DNA of 64,000 nucleotides, taken from assembly GCF_009914755.1 (NCBI RefSeq), contig NC_060948.1. One strand, written 5' to 3'. This document shows, piece after piece, positions 13,601-28,423 of this stretch. Below the pieces are notes generated by a model. That model was not told the origin of the DNA. It saw only the letters and a list, made by a program, of their open reading frames with translations, and did no database searches. Made by a program: the position numbers and the translations under genes. Numbering within the stretch: position 1 is the first letter of the stretch; each line of letters begins with the position of its first letter. The DNA comes from the human T2T-CHM13v2.0 reference genome, Homo sapiens.

Positions 13601-14243
13601 AAATGTAATGGAATGGAATGGAAAGGAATCGAAACGAAAGGAATGGAGACAGATGGAATGGAATGGAACAGAGAGCAATGGTATAGAATGGAATGGAATC
13701 ATCTGGAATGGAATTGAATGGAATGGAATAATATGAAATGGAATGGAATGGAATGGAATGGAATGCCCTTGAATTAAATGGACTGGAATGGAATGGACTC
13801 GAACAGAGTGGAATGGAAAGTGTTGAGATAGAATGGAATGGACTCCTTTGGAATGGTGTAGTATGCAATGCAATCGACTGGCAGGGAATCAAAAGGAATG
13901 TAATGGAATGGACTGGACTGGAATGCAATGGACTCGAATAGATTGGAAACGGAATGCAAAGGAATGGAATGGAATAGTATGGAATGGAATGGAAAGGAAT
14001 GGAGTGGAATAGACTAGAGTGGAATGGAATGGACTGGAAAGCAATGGACTGGAATGGAACTTTCTTGAATGGACTGGAATCAAACGGAATGGAATGCAAT
14101 GCAATCAAATGGCATGGAATAAAATAGAATGAAGAAAATGAAATGGAATTGAATCGAATGGAATCGAATGGATTGGAAAGGAATAGAATGGAATGGAATG
14201 GAATTGACTCAAATGGAATGGACTAGAATGGAATGGATTCGAA
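10681..14243 (+). repeat. DYZ1 unit 4 (3563 bp)
   Basis: Anchor recurrence; GGCC 12375; same 1-bp deletion as unit 3, near 14133. Confidence 0.9.
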
Positions 14244-17200
14244 TGGAAGGCAAAGGAATGGAATCTATTGGAATGGACTGTAATGGAATGGAATGGAAGG
14301 GATTGGAATGGACTCGAATGGAATGGACTGCAGTACAAAGGATTCGAATGGAATGAAAAAGAATTGAATGGAATAGAACAGAATGGAATCAAATCGAATG
14401 AAATGGAATGGAATAGAAAGGAATGGAATGAAATGGAATGGAAAGGATTCGAATGGAATGCAATCGAATGGAATGGAATCGAACGGAATGGAATAAAATG
14501 GAAGAAAACTGGCAAGAAATGGAATCGAAATGAATGGAGTGTTATGGAACGGACTCAAAAGGAACTGAATGTAATAGAATGGAGTGGAGTGGACTCGAAT
14601 ATAATGGACTGGAATGGAATGAAATCACATGGAATGGGAACGAATGGAATGGAATGGAAAGGAATGGAATCGAATGGAAAGGAATCGAATGGAAGGGAAT
14701 GAAATTGAATCAACAGGAATGGAAGGGAATAGAATAGACGGTAATGGAATGGACTCGAATAGAATGGACACGAATGCTCAAATTGAATGGACTCGAATGG
14801 AATGGAAACGAAAGGAATGTCATCGAATGGAATTGAATCGATTGGAATGAAATCGCACAGAATGGAGTGGAATCAAATGGAATTGAATCGAAAGGAAAGG
14901 AAGCAAATGGACTGAAATGAAATGGAATGGAATTGAATGGAAAGTTATGTAATGGAATACAATGGAACGAAATTTCACGGAATGGAATCAAACTGAATGG
15001 AATCAAATCAATGGAATCAAATCAAATGGAATGGAAAGGAATTGAATGGAGTAGATTGGATGGGATGGGATTGGAATGAAATGTACTGGAAAGGACTCGA
15101 ATTTCATGAAACGGAATGGAATGAATTGGAACGGAATGGACTCGAATGGAATGGAATGTCAGGGAATGGCATCAAATGGAATGGCATCAAATTGAATGGA
15201 ATCGAATGCAATGGAATGCTATGGAATGGAATGGAATGCATTGGAATGGAATGTCCTCTAATGGAATGGATTCGAGTGGAATGGAATCGAATATAATGGA
15301 GTCGAATGAAATGGAATTGAAAGGAATAGGATCGAATACAATGGAATATACTGGAATGTAATGTAATGAACTCGAATGTAATTGACTGGAATGGAATGTA
15401 CATGAATGGAATGTAATCGAATGGAAAGTAATCCAATGGAATAGAATCTAATGCAATAAAATCGACTCAGATAGAGTAGAATGTAATGGAATGGAGTGCA
15501 GTGCAATGGAATGGAATGGAATGGAATGCAATGGAATGGAATGGAATGGAATGGAATGGAATGGAATGGTGTGGAATGGATAGTAATGGACTGGAGTGAA
15601 ATGGACTGGAAAGGAATGGACTCAAATTGAAAGGGCTCGAAAGGAATGGAGTCAAATGGAATGGTCTGGAATGGAATGAACACGAATGTAATGCAATCCA
15701 ATAGAATGGAATCGAATGGCATGGAATATAAAGAAATGGATTCGAAGAGAATGGAAACAAATGGAATGGAATTGAATGGAATGGAATTGAATGGAATGGG
15801 AACGAATGGAGTGAAATTGTATGCAGTAGAAGGGAATAGAATGGAATGCAAGCGAAAGGAAAGGAATGGATTGGAATGGAATGGAATTCATTGGAATGGA
15901 AGGGAATGTAGTGTAATGGACAGGCCTGGAATAAAGTGGAATGCTACGGTCTCGAATGGAATAAAAATGTATGGAATGGAATGCAATGAAACGGAATCGA
16001 ATGTCATAGAATGTAATGGAATGCAAAAAAATGGAATCCAAAATCATTGACTGGAAAGGCTGGGTGTCGAAAGGAATTGACTCCAATGGAATGGAATCGA
16101 ATGGAATGGAAGTGAATAGAATCGAACTAAATCGAATGGAATGGAATTGATAGGAACGGAATGGAAAGGAATGCAATGATTTGGCATGGAATGGAATCGA
16201 ATGGCATCGAATGGAATGGAATGGAATGCAATGGAATGGAATGTATTAGAATGTAATGAACTTTAATGGAATGTACTCGAATGGATTCGACTGGAATGGA
16301 ATGTTGTGGAAGTGAATGGACTCCAATGGAATGGATTCAAAAGGAATGGAATCGTACGGAATGGAATCTAATGGAATGGAATTAAATGGAAATGAATCAA
16401 ATTGAATAGCACGGAATTGAATTGAATGGAATGGAATGCAATGGAATCTAATGAAACGGAAAGGAAAGGAATGGAATGGAATGGAATGGAATGGGCTGGA
16501 ATGGAAAGGAATCGAAACGAATGGAATGGAATCGAACTGAAGAGACTGGAATGGAATGCACTGGAATGGAAGGGAGTGTAATGGAAGGTTCTCGAAAAAA
16601 ATGGAATCGAATGGATTGGAATTGAATGGAACGGAATAGAGTCGAATGGAATTGAATGGAATGGAATGGACTAGAGTGAAATGGAATCGAACCACAAGGA
16701 ATGGACAGGAATAGAATGGTCTCGAATTGAATGGAATCGTATGGAATGGCATCAAACGGAATGGAATGGACAGCCACGGAATGGAATGCACTCGAATGCA
16801 ATGGAGTCGAAACTAATGGACTGGAATAGAATGGACTCGACTGGTACGGACTCCAATGGAATGGAATCGAATGGAAGGGAATCGAACGGAATGGACTCGA
16901 AGGGAAAAGACTGCAATGGAAAGGTCTCGAATGGAATGGAAATTAATGGAATGGAATGGAATCGAATGAAATGGAGTCAAAAGGAATGGAATCGAATGGC
17001 AAGAAATCGAATGTAATGGAATCGCAAGGAATTGATGTGAACGGAACGGAATGGAATGGAATCCAAAGGAATGGAATAGAATGGAATGGAATCGAATGGA
17101 AAGGACAAGAATGGAAATCACTCGAATAGAATGCAATTTAATAAAATAGGATCAAATGTAATGGAATGGAATGGAAAGGAATCGAAACGAAAGGAATGGA

Positions 17201-17797
17201 GACAGATGGAATGGAATGGAACAGAGAGCAATGGTATAGAATGGAATGGAATCATCTGGAATGGAATTGAATGGAATGGAATAATATGAAATGGAATGGA
17301 ATGGAATGGAATGGAATGCCCTTGAATTAAATGGACTGGAATGGAATGGACTCGAACAGAGTGGAATGGAAAGTGTTGAGATAGAATGGAATGGACTCCT
17401 TTGGAATGGTGTAGTATGCAATGCAATCGACTGGCAGGGAATCAAAAGGAATGTAATCGAATGGATTGGACTGGAATGCAATGGACTCGAATAGATTGCA
17501 AACGGAATGCAAAGGAATGGAATGGAATAGTATGGAATGGAATGGAAAGGAATGGAGTGGAATAGACTAGAGTGGAATGGAATGGACTGGAAAGCAATGG
17601 ACTGGAATGGAACTTTATTGAATGGACTGGAATCAAACGGAATGGAATGCAATGCAATCAAATGGCATGGAATAAAATAGAATGAAAGAGAATCAAATGG
17701 AATTGAATCGAATGGAATCGAATGGATTGGAAAGGAATAGAATGGAATGGAATGGAATTGACTCAAATGGAATGGACTAGAATGGAATGGATTCGAA
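14244..17797 (+). repeat. DYZ1 unit 5 (3554 bp)
   Basis: Anchor recurrence; GGCC 15923. Confidence 0.9.
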
Positions 17798-20700
17798 TGG
17801 AAGGCAAAGGAATGGAATCTATTGGAATGGACTGTAATGGAATGGAATGGAAGGGATTGGAATGGACTGCAATAGAAAGGATTCGAATGGAATGAAAAAG
17901 AATTGAATGGAATAGAACAGAATGGAATCAAATCGAATGAAATGGAATGGAATAGAAAGGAATGGAATGAAATGGAATGGAAAGGATTCGAATGGAATGC
18001 AATCGAATGGAATGGAATCGAACGGAATGGAATAAAATGGAAGAAAACTGGCAAGAAATGGAATCGAAATGAAGGGAGTGTTATGGAACGGACTCAAATG
18101 AATTGAATGTAATAGAATGGAGTGGAGTGGACTCGAATATAATGGACTGGAATGGAATGAAATCACATGGAATGGGAACGAATGGAATGGAATGGAAAGG
18201 AATGGAATCGAATGGAAAGGAATCGAATGGAAGGGAATGAAATTGAATCAACAGGAATGGAAGGGAATAGAATAGACGGTAATGGAATGGACTCGAATAG
18301 AATGGACACGAATGCTCAAATTGAATGGACTCGAATGGAATGGAAACGAAAGGAATGTCATCGAATGGAATTGAATCGATTGGAATGAAATCGCATAGAA
18401 TGGAGTGGAATCAAATGGAATTGAATCGAAAGGAAAGGAAGCGAATGGACTGAAATGGAATGGAATTGAATGGAAAGTAATGCAATGGAATAGAAGGGAA
18501 CGAAATTTCACGGAATGGAATCAAACTGAATGGAATCAAATCAATGGAATCAAATCAAATGGAATGGAAAGGAATTGAATGGAGTAGATTGGATTGGATG
18601 GGATTGGAATGAAATGTACTGGAAAGGACTCGAATTTCATGAAACGGAATGGAATGAATTGGAACGGAATGGACTCGAATGGAATGGAATGTCATGGAAT
18701 GGCATCAAATGGAATGGCATCAAATGGAATGGAATCGAATGCAATGGAATGCTATGGAATGGAATGGAATGCATTGGAATGGAATGTCCTCTAATGGAAT
18801 GGATTCGAGTGGAATGGAATCGAATATAATGGAGTCGAATGAAATGGAATTGAAAGGAATGGGATCGAATACAATGGAATATACTGGAATGTAATGTAAT
18901 GAACTCGAATGTAATTGACTGGAATGGAATGTACATGAATGGAATGTAATCGAATGGAAAGTAATCCAATGGAATAGAATCTAATGCAATAAAATCGACT
19001 CAGATAGAGTAGAATGTAATGGAATGGAGTGCAGTGCAATGGAATGGAATGGAATGGAATGCAATGGAATGGAATGCAATGGAATGGAATGGAATTGAAT
19101 GGGATGGAATGGTATGGAATGGACAGTAATGGACTGGAGTGAAATGGACTGCAAAGGAATGGACTCAAATTGAAAGGGCTCGAAAGGAATGGAGACAAAT
19201 GGAATGGTCTGGAATGGAATGAACACGAATGTAATGCAATCCAATAGAATGGAGTCGAATGGCATGGAATATAAAGAAATGGAATCGAAGAGAATGGAAA
19301 CAAATGGAATGGAATTGAATGGAATGGAATTGAATGGAATGGGAAAGAATGGAGTGAAATTGTATGCAGTAGAAGAGAATAGAATGGAATGCAAGCGAAA
19401 GGAAAGGAATGGATTGGAATGGAATGGAATTCATTGGAATGGAAGGGAATGTAGTGTAATGGACAGGCCTGGAATAAAGTGGAATGCTACGGTCTCGAAT
19501 GGAATAAAAATGTATGGAATGGAATGCAATGAAACGGAATCGAATGTCATAGAATGTAATGGAATGCAAAAAAATGGAATCCAAAATCATTGACTGGAAA
19601 GGCTGGGTGTCGAAAGGAATTGACTCCAATGGAATGGAATCGAATGGAATGGAAGTGAATAGAATCGAACTAAATCGAATGGAATGGAATTGATAGGAAC
19701 GGAATGGAAAGGAATGCAATGATTTGGCATGGAATGGAATCGAATGGCATCGAATGGAATGGAATGGAATGCAATGGAATGGAATGTATTAGAATGTAAT
19801 GAACTTTAATGGAATGTACTCGAATGGATTCGACTGGAATGGAATGTTGTGGAAGTGAATGGACTCCAATGGAATGGATTCAAAAGGAATGGAATCGTAC
19901 GGAATGGAATCTAATGGAATGGAATTAAATGGAAATGAATCAAATTGAATAGCACGGAATTGAATTGAATGGAATGGAATGCAATGGAATCTAATGAAAC
20001 GGAAAGGAAAGGAATGGAATGGAATGGAATGGGCTGGAATGGAAAGGAATCGAAACGAATGGAATGGAATCGAACTGAAGAGACTGGAATGGAATGCACT
20101 GGAATGGAAGGGAGTGTAATGGAAGGTTCTCGAAAAAAATGGAATCGAATGGAATGGAATTGAATGGAACGGAATAGAGTCGAATGGAATTGAATGGAAT
20201 GGAATGGACTAGAGTGAAATGGAATCGAACCACAAGGAATGGACAGGAATAGAATGGTCTCGAATTGAATGGAATCGTATGGAATGGCATCAAACGGAAT
20301 GGAATGGACAGCCACGGAATGGAATGCACTCGAATGCAATGGAGTCGAAACTAATGGACTGGAATAGAATGGACTCGACTGGTACGGACTCCAATGGAAT
20401 GGAATCGAATGGAAGGGAATCGAACGGAATGGACTCGAAGGGAAAAGACTGCAATGGAAAGGTCTCGAATGGAATGGAAATTAATGGAATGGAATGGAAT
20501 CGAATGAAATGGAGTCAAAAGGAATGGAATCGAATGGCAAGAAATCGAATGTAATGGAATCGCAAGGAATTGATGTGAACGGAACGGAATGGAATGGAAT
20601 CCAAAGGAATGGAATAGAATGGAATGGAATCGAATGGAAAGGACTCGAATGGAAATCACTCGAATAGAATGCAATTTAATAAAATAGGATCAAATGTAAT

Positions 20701-21335
20701 GGAATGGAATGGAAAGGAATCAAAACGAAAGGAATGGAGACAGATGGAATGGAATGGAACAGAGAGCAATGGTATAGAATGGAATGGAATCATCTGGAAT
20801 GGAATTGAATGGAATGGAATAATATGAAATGGAATGGAATGGAATGGAATGGAATGCCCTTGAATTAAATGGACTGGAATGGAATGGACTCGAACAGAGT
20901 GGAATGGAAAGTGTTGAGATAGAATGGAATGGACTCCTTTGGAATGGTGTAGTATGCAATGCAATCGACTGGCAGGGAATCAAAAGGAATGTAATGGAAT
21001 GGATTGGACTGGAATGCAATGGACTCGAATAGATTGGAAACGGAATGCAAAGGAATGGAATGGAATAGTATGGAATGGAATGGAAAGGAATGGAGTGGAA
21101 TAGACTAGAGTGGAATGGAATGGACTGGAAAGCAATGGACTGGAATGGAACTTTCTTGAATGGACTGGAATCAAACGGAATGGAATGCAATGCATTCAAA
21201 TTGCATGGAATAAAATAGAATGAAAGAGAATGAAATGGAATTGAATCGAATGGAATCGAATGGATTGGAAAGGAATAGAATGGAATGGAATGGAATTGAC
21301 TCAAATGGAATGGACTAGAATGGAATGGATTCGAA
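17798..21335 (+). repeat. DYZ1 unit 6 (3538 bp)
   Basis: Anchor recurrence; GGCC 19466; 15-bp deletion near 17865 and 1-bp deletion near 18098. Confidence 0.9.
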
Positions 21336-24300
21336 TGGAAGGCAAAGGAATGGAATCTATTGGAATGGACTGTAATGGAATGGAATGGAAGGGATTGGAA
21401 TGGACTCGAATGGAATGGACTGCAATAGAAAGGATTCGAATGGAATGAAAAAGAATTGAATGGAATAGAACAGAATGGAATCAAATCGAATGAAATGGAA
21501 TGGAATAGAAAGGAATGGAATGAAATGGAATGGAAAGGATTCGAATGGAATGCAATCGAATGGAATGGAATCGAACGGAATGGAATAAAATGGAAGAAAA
21601 CTGGCAAGAAATGGAATCGAAATGAATGGAGTGTTATGGAACGGACTCAAAAGGAATTGAATGTAATAGAATGGAGTGGAGTGGACTCGAATATAATGGA
21701 CTGGAATGGAATGAAATCACATGGAATGGGAACGAATGGAATGGAATGGATAGGAATGGAATCGAATGGAAAGGAATCGAATGGAAGGGAATGAAATTGA
21801 ATCAACAGGAATGGAAGGGAATAGAATAGACGGTAATGGAATGGACTCGAATAGAATGGACACGAATGCTCAAATTGAATGGACTCGAATGGAATGGAAA
21901 CGAAAGGAATGTCATCGAATGGAATTGAATCGATTGGAATGAAATCTCATAGAATGGAGTGGAATCAAATGGAATTGAATCGAAAGGAAAGGAAGCGAAT
22001 GGACTGAAACGAAATGGAATGGAATTGAATGGAAAGTAATGCAATGGAATAGAATGGAACGAAATTTCACGGAATGGAATCAAACTGAATGGAATCAAAT
22101 CAATGGAATCCAATCAAATGGAATGGAGTAGATTGGATTGGATGGGATTGGAATGAAATGTACTGGAAAGGACTCGAATTTCATGAAACGAAATGGAATG
22201 AATTGGAACGGAATGGACTCGAATGGAATGGAATGTCATAGAATGGCATCAAATGGAATGGCATCAAATGGAATGGAATCGAATGCAATGGAATGCTATG
22301 GAATGGAATGGAATGCATTGGAATGGAATGTCCTCTAATGGAATGGATTCGAGTGGAATGGAATCGAATATAATGGAGTCGAATGAAATGGAATTGAAAG
22401 GAATGGGATCGAATACAATGGAATATACTGGAATGTAATGTAATGAACTCGAATGTAATTGACTGGAATGGAATGTACATGAATGGAATGTAATCGAATG
22501 GAAAGTAATCCAATGGAATAGAATCTAATGCAATAAAATCGACTCAGATAGAGTAGAATGTAATGGAATGGAGTGCAGTGCAATGGAATGGAATGGAATG
22601 GAATGCAATGGAATGGAATGGAATGGAATGGAATGGAATGGAATGGGATGGAATGGTATGGAATGGATAGTAATGGACTGGAGTGAAATGGACTGGAAAG
22701 GAATGGACTCAAATTGAAAGGGCTCGAAAGGAATGGAGTCAAATGGAATGGTCTGGAATGGAATGAACACGAATGTAATGCAATCCAATAGAATGGAATC
22801 GAATGGCATGGAATATAAAGAAATGGAATCGAAGAGAATGGAAACAAATGGAATGGAATTGAATGGAATGGAATTGAATGGAATGGGAACGAATGGAGTG
22901 AAATTGTATGCAGTAGAAGAGAATAGAATGGAATGCAAGTGAAAGGAAAGGAATGGATTGGAATGGAATGGAATTCATTGGAATGGAAGGGAATGTAGTG
23001 TAATGGACAGGCCTGGAATAAAGTGGAATGCTACGGTCTCGAATGGAATAAAAATGTATGGAATGGAATGCAATGAAACGGAATCGAATGTCATAGAATG
23101 TAATGGAATGCAAAAAAATGGAATCCAAAATCATTGACTGGAAAGGCTGGGTGTCGAAAGGAATTGACTCCAATGGAATGGAATCGAATGGAATGGAAGT
23201 GAATAGAATCGAACTAAATCGAATGGAATGGAATTGATAGGAACGGAATGGAAAGGAATGCAATGATTTGGCATGGAATGGAATCGAATGGCATCGAATG
23301 GAATGGAATGGAATGCAATGGAATGGAATGTATTAGAATGTAATGAACTTTAATGGAATGTACTCGAATGGATTCGACTGGAATGGAATGTTCTGGAAGT
23401 GAATGGACTCCAATGGAATGGATTCAAAAGGAATGGAATCGTACGGAATGGAATCTAATGGAATGGAATTAAATGGAAATGAATCAAATTGAATAGCACG
23501 GAATTGAATTGAATGGAATGGAATGCAATGGAATCTAATGAAACGGAAAGGAAAGGAATGGAATGGAATGGAATGGGATGGAATGGAAAGGAATCGAAAC
23601 GAATGGAATGGAATCGAACTGAAGAGACTGGAATGGAATGCACTGGAATGGAAGGGAGTGTAATGGAAGGTTCTCGAAAAAAATGGAATCGAATGGAATG
23701 GAATTGAATGGAACGGAATAGAGTCGAATGGAATTGAATGGAATGGAATGGACTAGAGTGAAATGGAATCGAACCACAAGGAATGGACAGGAATAGAATG
23801 TTCTCGAATTGAATGGAATCGTATGGAATGGCATCAAACGGAATGGAATGGACAGCCACGGAATGGAATGCACTCGAATGCAATGGAGTCGAAACTAATG
23901 GACTGGAATAGAATGGACTCGACTGGTACGGACTCCAATGGAATGGAATCGAATGGAAGGGAATCGAACGGAATGGACTCGAAGGGAAAAGACTGCAATG
24001 GAAAGGTCTCGAATGGAATGGAAATTAATGGAATGGAATGGAATCGAATGAAATGGAGTCAAAAGGAATGGAATCGAATGGCAAGAAATCGAATGTAATG
24101 GAATCGCAAGGAATTGATGTGAACGGAACGGAATGGAATGGAATCCAAAGGAATGGAATAGAATGGAATGGAATCGAATGGAAAGGACTCGAATGGAAAT
24201 CACTCGAATAGAATGCAATTTAATAAAATAGGATCAAATGTAATGGAATGGAATGGAAAGGAATCGAAACGAAAGGAATGGAGACAGATGGAATGGAATG

Positions 24301-24874
24301 GAACAGAGAGCAATGGTATAGAAAGGAATGGAATCATCTGGAATGGAATTGAATGGAATGGAATAATATGAAATGGAATGGAATGGAATGGAATGCCCTT
24401 GAATTAAATGGACTGGAATGGAATGGACTCGAACAGAGTGGAATGGAAAGTGTTGAGATAGAATGGAATGGACTCGTTTGGAATGGTCTAGTAGGCAATG
24501 CAATCGACTGGCAGGGAATCAAAAGGAATGTAATGGAATGGATTGGACTGGAATGCAATGGACTCGAATAGATTGGAAACGGAATGCAAAGGAATGGAAT
24601 GGAATAGTATGGAATGGAATGGAAAGGAATGGAGTGGAATAGACTAGAGTGGAATGGAATGGACTCGAAAGCAATGGACTGGAATGCAACTTTCTTGAAT
24701 GGACTGGAATCAAACGGAATGGAATGCAATGCAATCAAATGGCGTGGAATAAAATAGAATGAAAGAGAATCAAATGGAATTGAATCGAATGGAATCGAAT
24801 GGATTGGAAAGGAATAGAATGGAATGGAATGGAATTGACTCAAATGGAATGGACTAGAATGGAATGGATTCGAA
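21336..24874 (+). repeat. DYZ1 unit 7 (3539 bp)
   Basis: Anchor recurrence; GGCC 23010; 15-bp deletion near 22125. Confidence 0.9.
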
Positions 24875-27800
24875 TGGAAGGCAAAGGAATGGAATCTATT
24901 GGAATGGACTGTAATGGAATGGAATGGAAGGAATTGGAATGGACTCGAATGGAATGGACTGCAATAGAAAGGATTCGAATGGAATGAAAAAGAATTGAAT
25001 GGAATAGAACAGAATGGAATCAAATCGAATGAAATGGAATGGAATAGAAAGGAATGGAATGAAATGGAATGGAAAGGATTCGAATGGAATGCAATCGAAT
25101 GGAATGGAATCGAACGGAATGGAATAAAATGGAAGAAAACTGGCAAGAAATGGAATCGAAATGAATGGAGTGTTATGGAACGGACTCAAAAGGAATTGAA
25201 TGTAATAGAATGGAGTGGAGTGGACTCGAATATAATGGACTGGAATGGAATGAAATCACATGGAATGGGAACGAATGGAATGGAATGGAAAATAATGGAA
25301 TCGAATGGAAAGGAATCGAATGGAAGGGAATGAAATTGAATCAACAGGAATGGAAGGGAGTAGAATAGACGGTAATGGAATGGACTGGAATAGAATGGAC
25401 ACGAATGCTCAAATTGAATGCACTCGAATGGAATGGAAACGAAAGGAATGTCATCGAATGGAATTGAATCGATTGGAATGAAATTGCATAGAATGGAGTG
25501 GAATCAAATGGAATTGAATCGAAAGGAAAGGAAGCGAATGGACTGAAATGAAATGGACTGGAATTGAATGGAAAGATATGTAATGGAATAGAATGGAACG
25601 ACATTTCACGGAATGGAATCAAACTGAATGGAATCAAATCAATGGAATCAAATCAAATGGAATGGAAAGGAATTGAATGGAGTAGATTGGATTGGATGGG
25701 ATTGGAATGAAATGTACTGGAAAGGACTCGAATTTCATGAAACGGAATGGAATGAATTGGAACGGAACGGACTCGAATGGAATGGAATGTCATGGAATGG
25801 CATCAAATGGAATGGCATCAAATGGAATGGAATCGAATGCAATGGAATGCTATGGAATGGAATGGAATGCATTGGAATGGAATGTCCTCTAATGGAATGG
25901 ATTCGAGTGGAATGGAATCGAATATAATGGAGTCGAATGAAATGGAATTGAAAGGAATGGGATCGAATACAATGGAATATACTGGAATGTAATGTAATGA
26001 ACTCGAATGTAATTGACTGGAATGGAATGTACATGAATGGAATGTAATCGAATGGAAAGTAATCCAATGGAATAGAATCTAATGCAATAAAATCGACTCA
26101 GATAGAGTAGAATGTAATGGAATGGAGTGCAGTGCAATGGAATGGAATGGAATGGAATGCAATGGAATGGAATGCAATGGAATGGAATGGGATGGAATGG
26201 TGTGGAATGGATAGTAATGGACTGGAGTGAAATGGACTGGAAAGGAATGGACTCAAATTGAAAGGGCTCGAAAGGAATGGAGTCAAATGGAATGGTCTGG
26301 AATGGAATGAACACGAATGTAATGCAATCCAATAGAATGGAATCGAATGGCATGGAATATAAAGAAATGGAATCGAAGAGAATGGAAACAAATGGAATGG
26401 AATTGAATGGAATGGAATTGAATGGAATGGGAACGAATGGAGTGAAATTGTATGCAGTAGAAGAGAATAGAATGGAATGCAAGCGAAAGGAAAGGAATGG
26501 ATTGGAATGGAATGGAATTCATTGGAATGGAAGGGAATGTAGTGTAATGGACAGGCCTGGAAAAAAGTGGAATGCTACGGTCTCGAATGGAATAAAAATG
26601 TATGGAATGGAATGCAATGAAACGGAATCGAATGTCATAGAATGTAATGGAATGCAAAAAAATGGAATCCAAAATCATTGACTGGAAAGGCTGGGTGTCG
26701 AAAGGAATTGACTCCAATGGAATGGAATCGAATGGAATGGAAGTGAATAGAATCGAACTAAATCGAATGGAATGGAATTGATAGGAACGGAATGGAAAGG
26801 AATGCAATGATTTGGCATGGAATGGAATCGAATGGCATCGAATGGAATGGAATGGAATGCAATGGAATGGAATGTATTAGAATGTAATGAACTTTAATGG
26901 AATGTACTCGAATGGATTCGACTGGAATGGAATGTTGTGGAAGTGAATGGACTCCAATGGAATGGATTCAAAAGGAATGGAATCGTACGGAATGGAATCT
27001 AATGGAATGGAATTAAATGGAAATGAATCAAATTGAATAGCACGGAATTGAATTGAATGGAATGGAATGCAATGGAATCTAATGAAACGGAAAGGAAAGG
27101 AATGGAATGGAATGGAATGGGCTGGAATGGAAAGGAATCGAAACGAATGGAATGGAATCGAACTGAAGAGACTGGAATGGAATGCACTGGAATGGAAGGG
27201 AGTGTAATGGAAGGTTCTCGAAAAAAATGGAATCGAATGGAATGGAATTGAATGGAACGGAATAGAGTCGAATGGAATTGAATGGAATGGAATGGACTAG
27301 AGTGAAATGGAATCGAACCACAAGGAATGGACATGAATAGAATGGTCTCGAATTGAATGGAATCGTATGGAATGGCATCAAACGGAATGGAATGGACAGC
27401 CACGGAATGGAATGCACTCGAATGCAATGGAGTCGAAACTAATGGACTGGAATAGAATGGACTCGACTGGTACGGACTCCAATGGAATGGAATCGAATGG
27501 AAGGGAATCGAACGGAATGGACTCGAAGGGAAAAGACTGCAATGGAAAGGTCTGGAATGGAATGGAAATTAATGGAATGGAATGGAATCGAATGAAATGG
27601 AGTCAAAAGGAATGGAATCGAATGGCAAGAAATCGAATGTAATGGAATCACAAGGAATTGATGTGAACGGAACGGAATGCAATGGAATCCAAAGGAATGG
27701 AATAGAATGGAATGGAATCGAATGGAAAGGACTCGAATGGAAATCACTCGAATAGAATGCAATTTAATAAAATAGGATCAAATGTAATGGAATGGAATGG

Positions 27801-28423
27801 AAAGGAATCGAAACGAAAGGAATGGAGACAGATGGAATGGAATGGAACAGAGAGCAATGGTATAGAATGGAATGGAATCATCTGGAATGGAATTGAATGG
27901 AATGGAATAATATGAAATGGAATGGAATGGAATGGAATGGAATGCCCTTGAATTAAATGGACTGGAATGGAATGGACTCGAACAGAGTGGAATGGAAAGT
28001 GTTGAGATAGAATGGAATGGACTCCTTTGGAATGGTGTAGTATGCAATGCAATCGACTGGCAGGGAATCAAAAGGAATGTAATGGAATGGATTGGACTGG
28101 AATGCAATGGACTCGAATAGATTGGAAACGGAATGCAAAGGAATGGAATGGAATAGTATGGAATGGAATGGAAAGGAATGGAGTGGAATAGACTAGAGTG
28201 GAATGGAATGGACTGGAAAGCAATGGACTGGAATGGAACTTTCTTGAATGGACTGGAATCAAACGGAATGGAATGCAATGCAATCAAATGGCATGGAATA
28301 AAATAGAATGAAAGAGAATCAAATGGAATTGAATCGAATGGAATCGAATGGATTGGAAAGGAATAGAATGGAATGGAATGGAATTGACTCAAATGGAATG
28401 GACTAGAATGGAATGGATTCGAA
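24875..28423 (+). repeat. DYZ1 unit 8 (3549 bp)
   Basis: Anchor recurrence; GGCC 26554. Confidence 0.9.
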
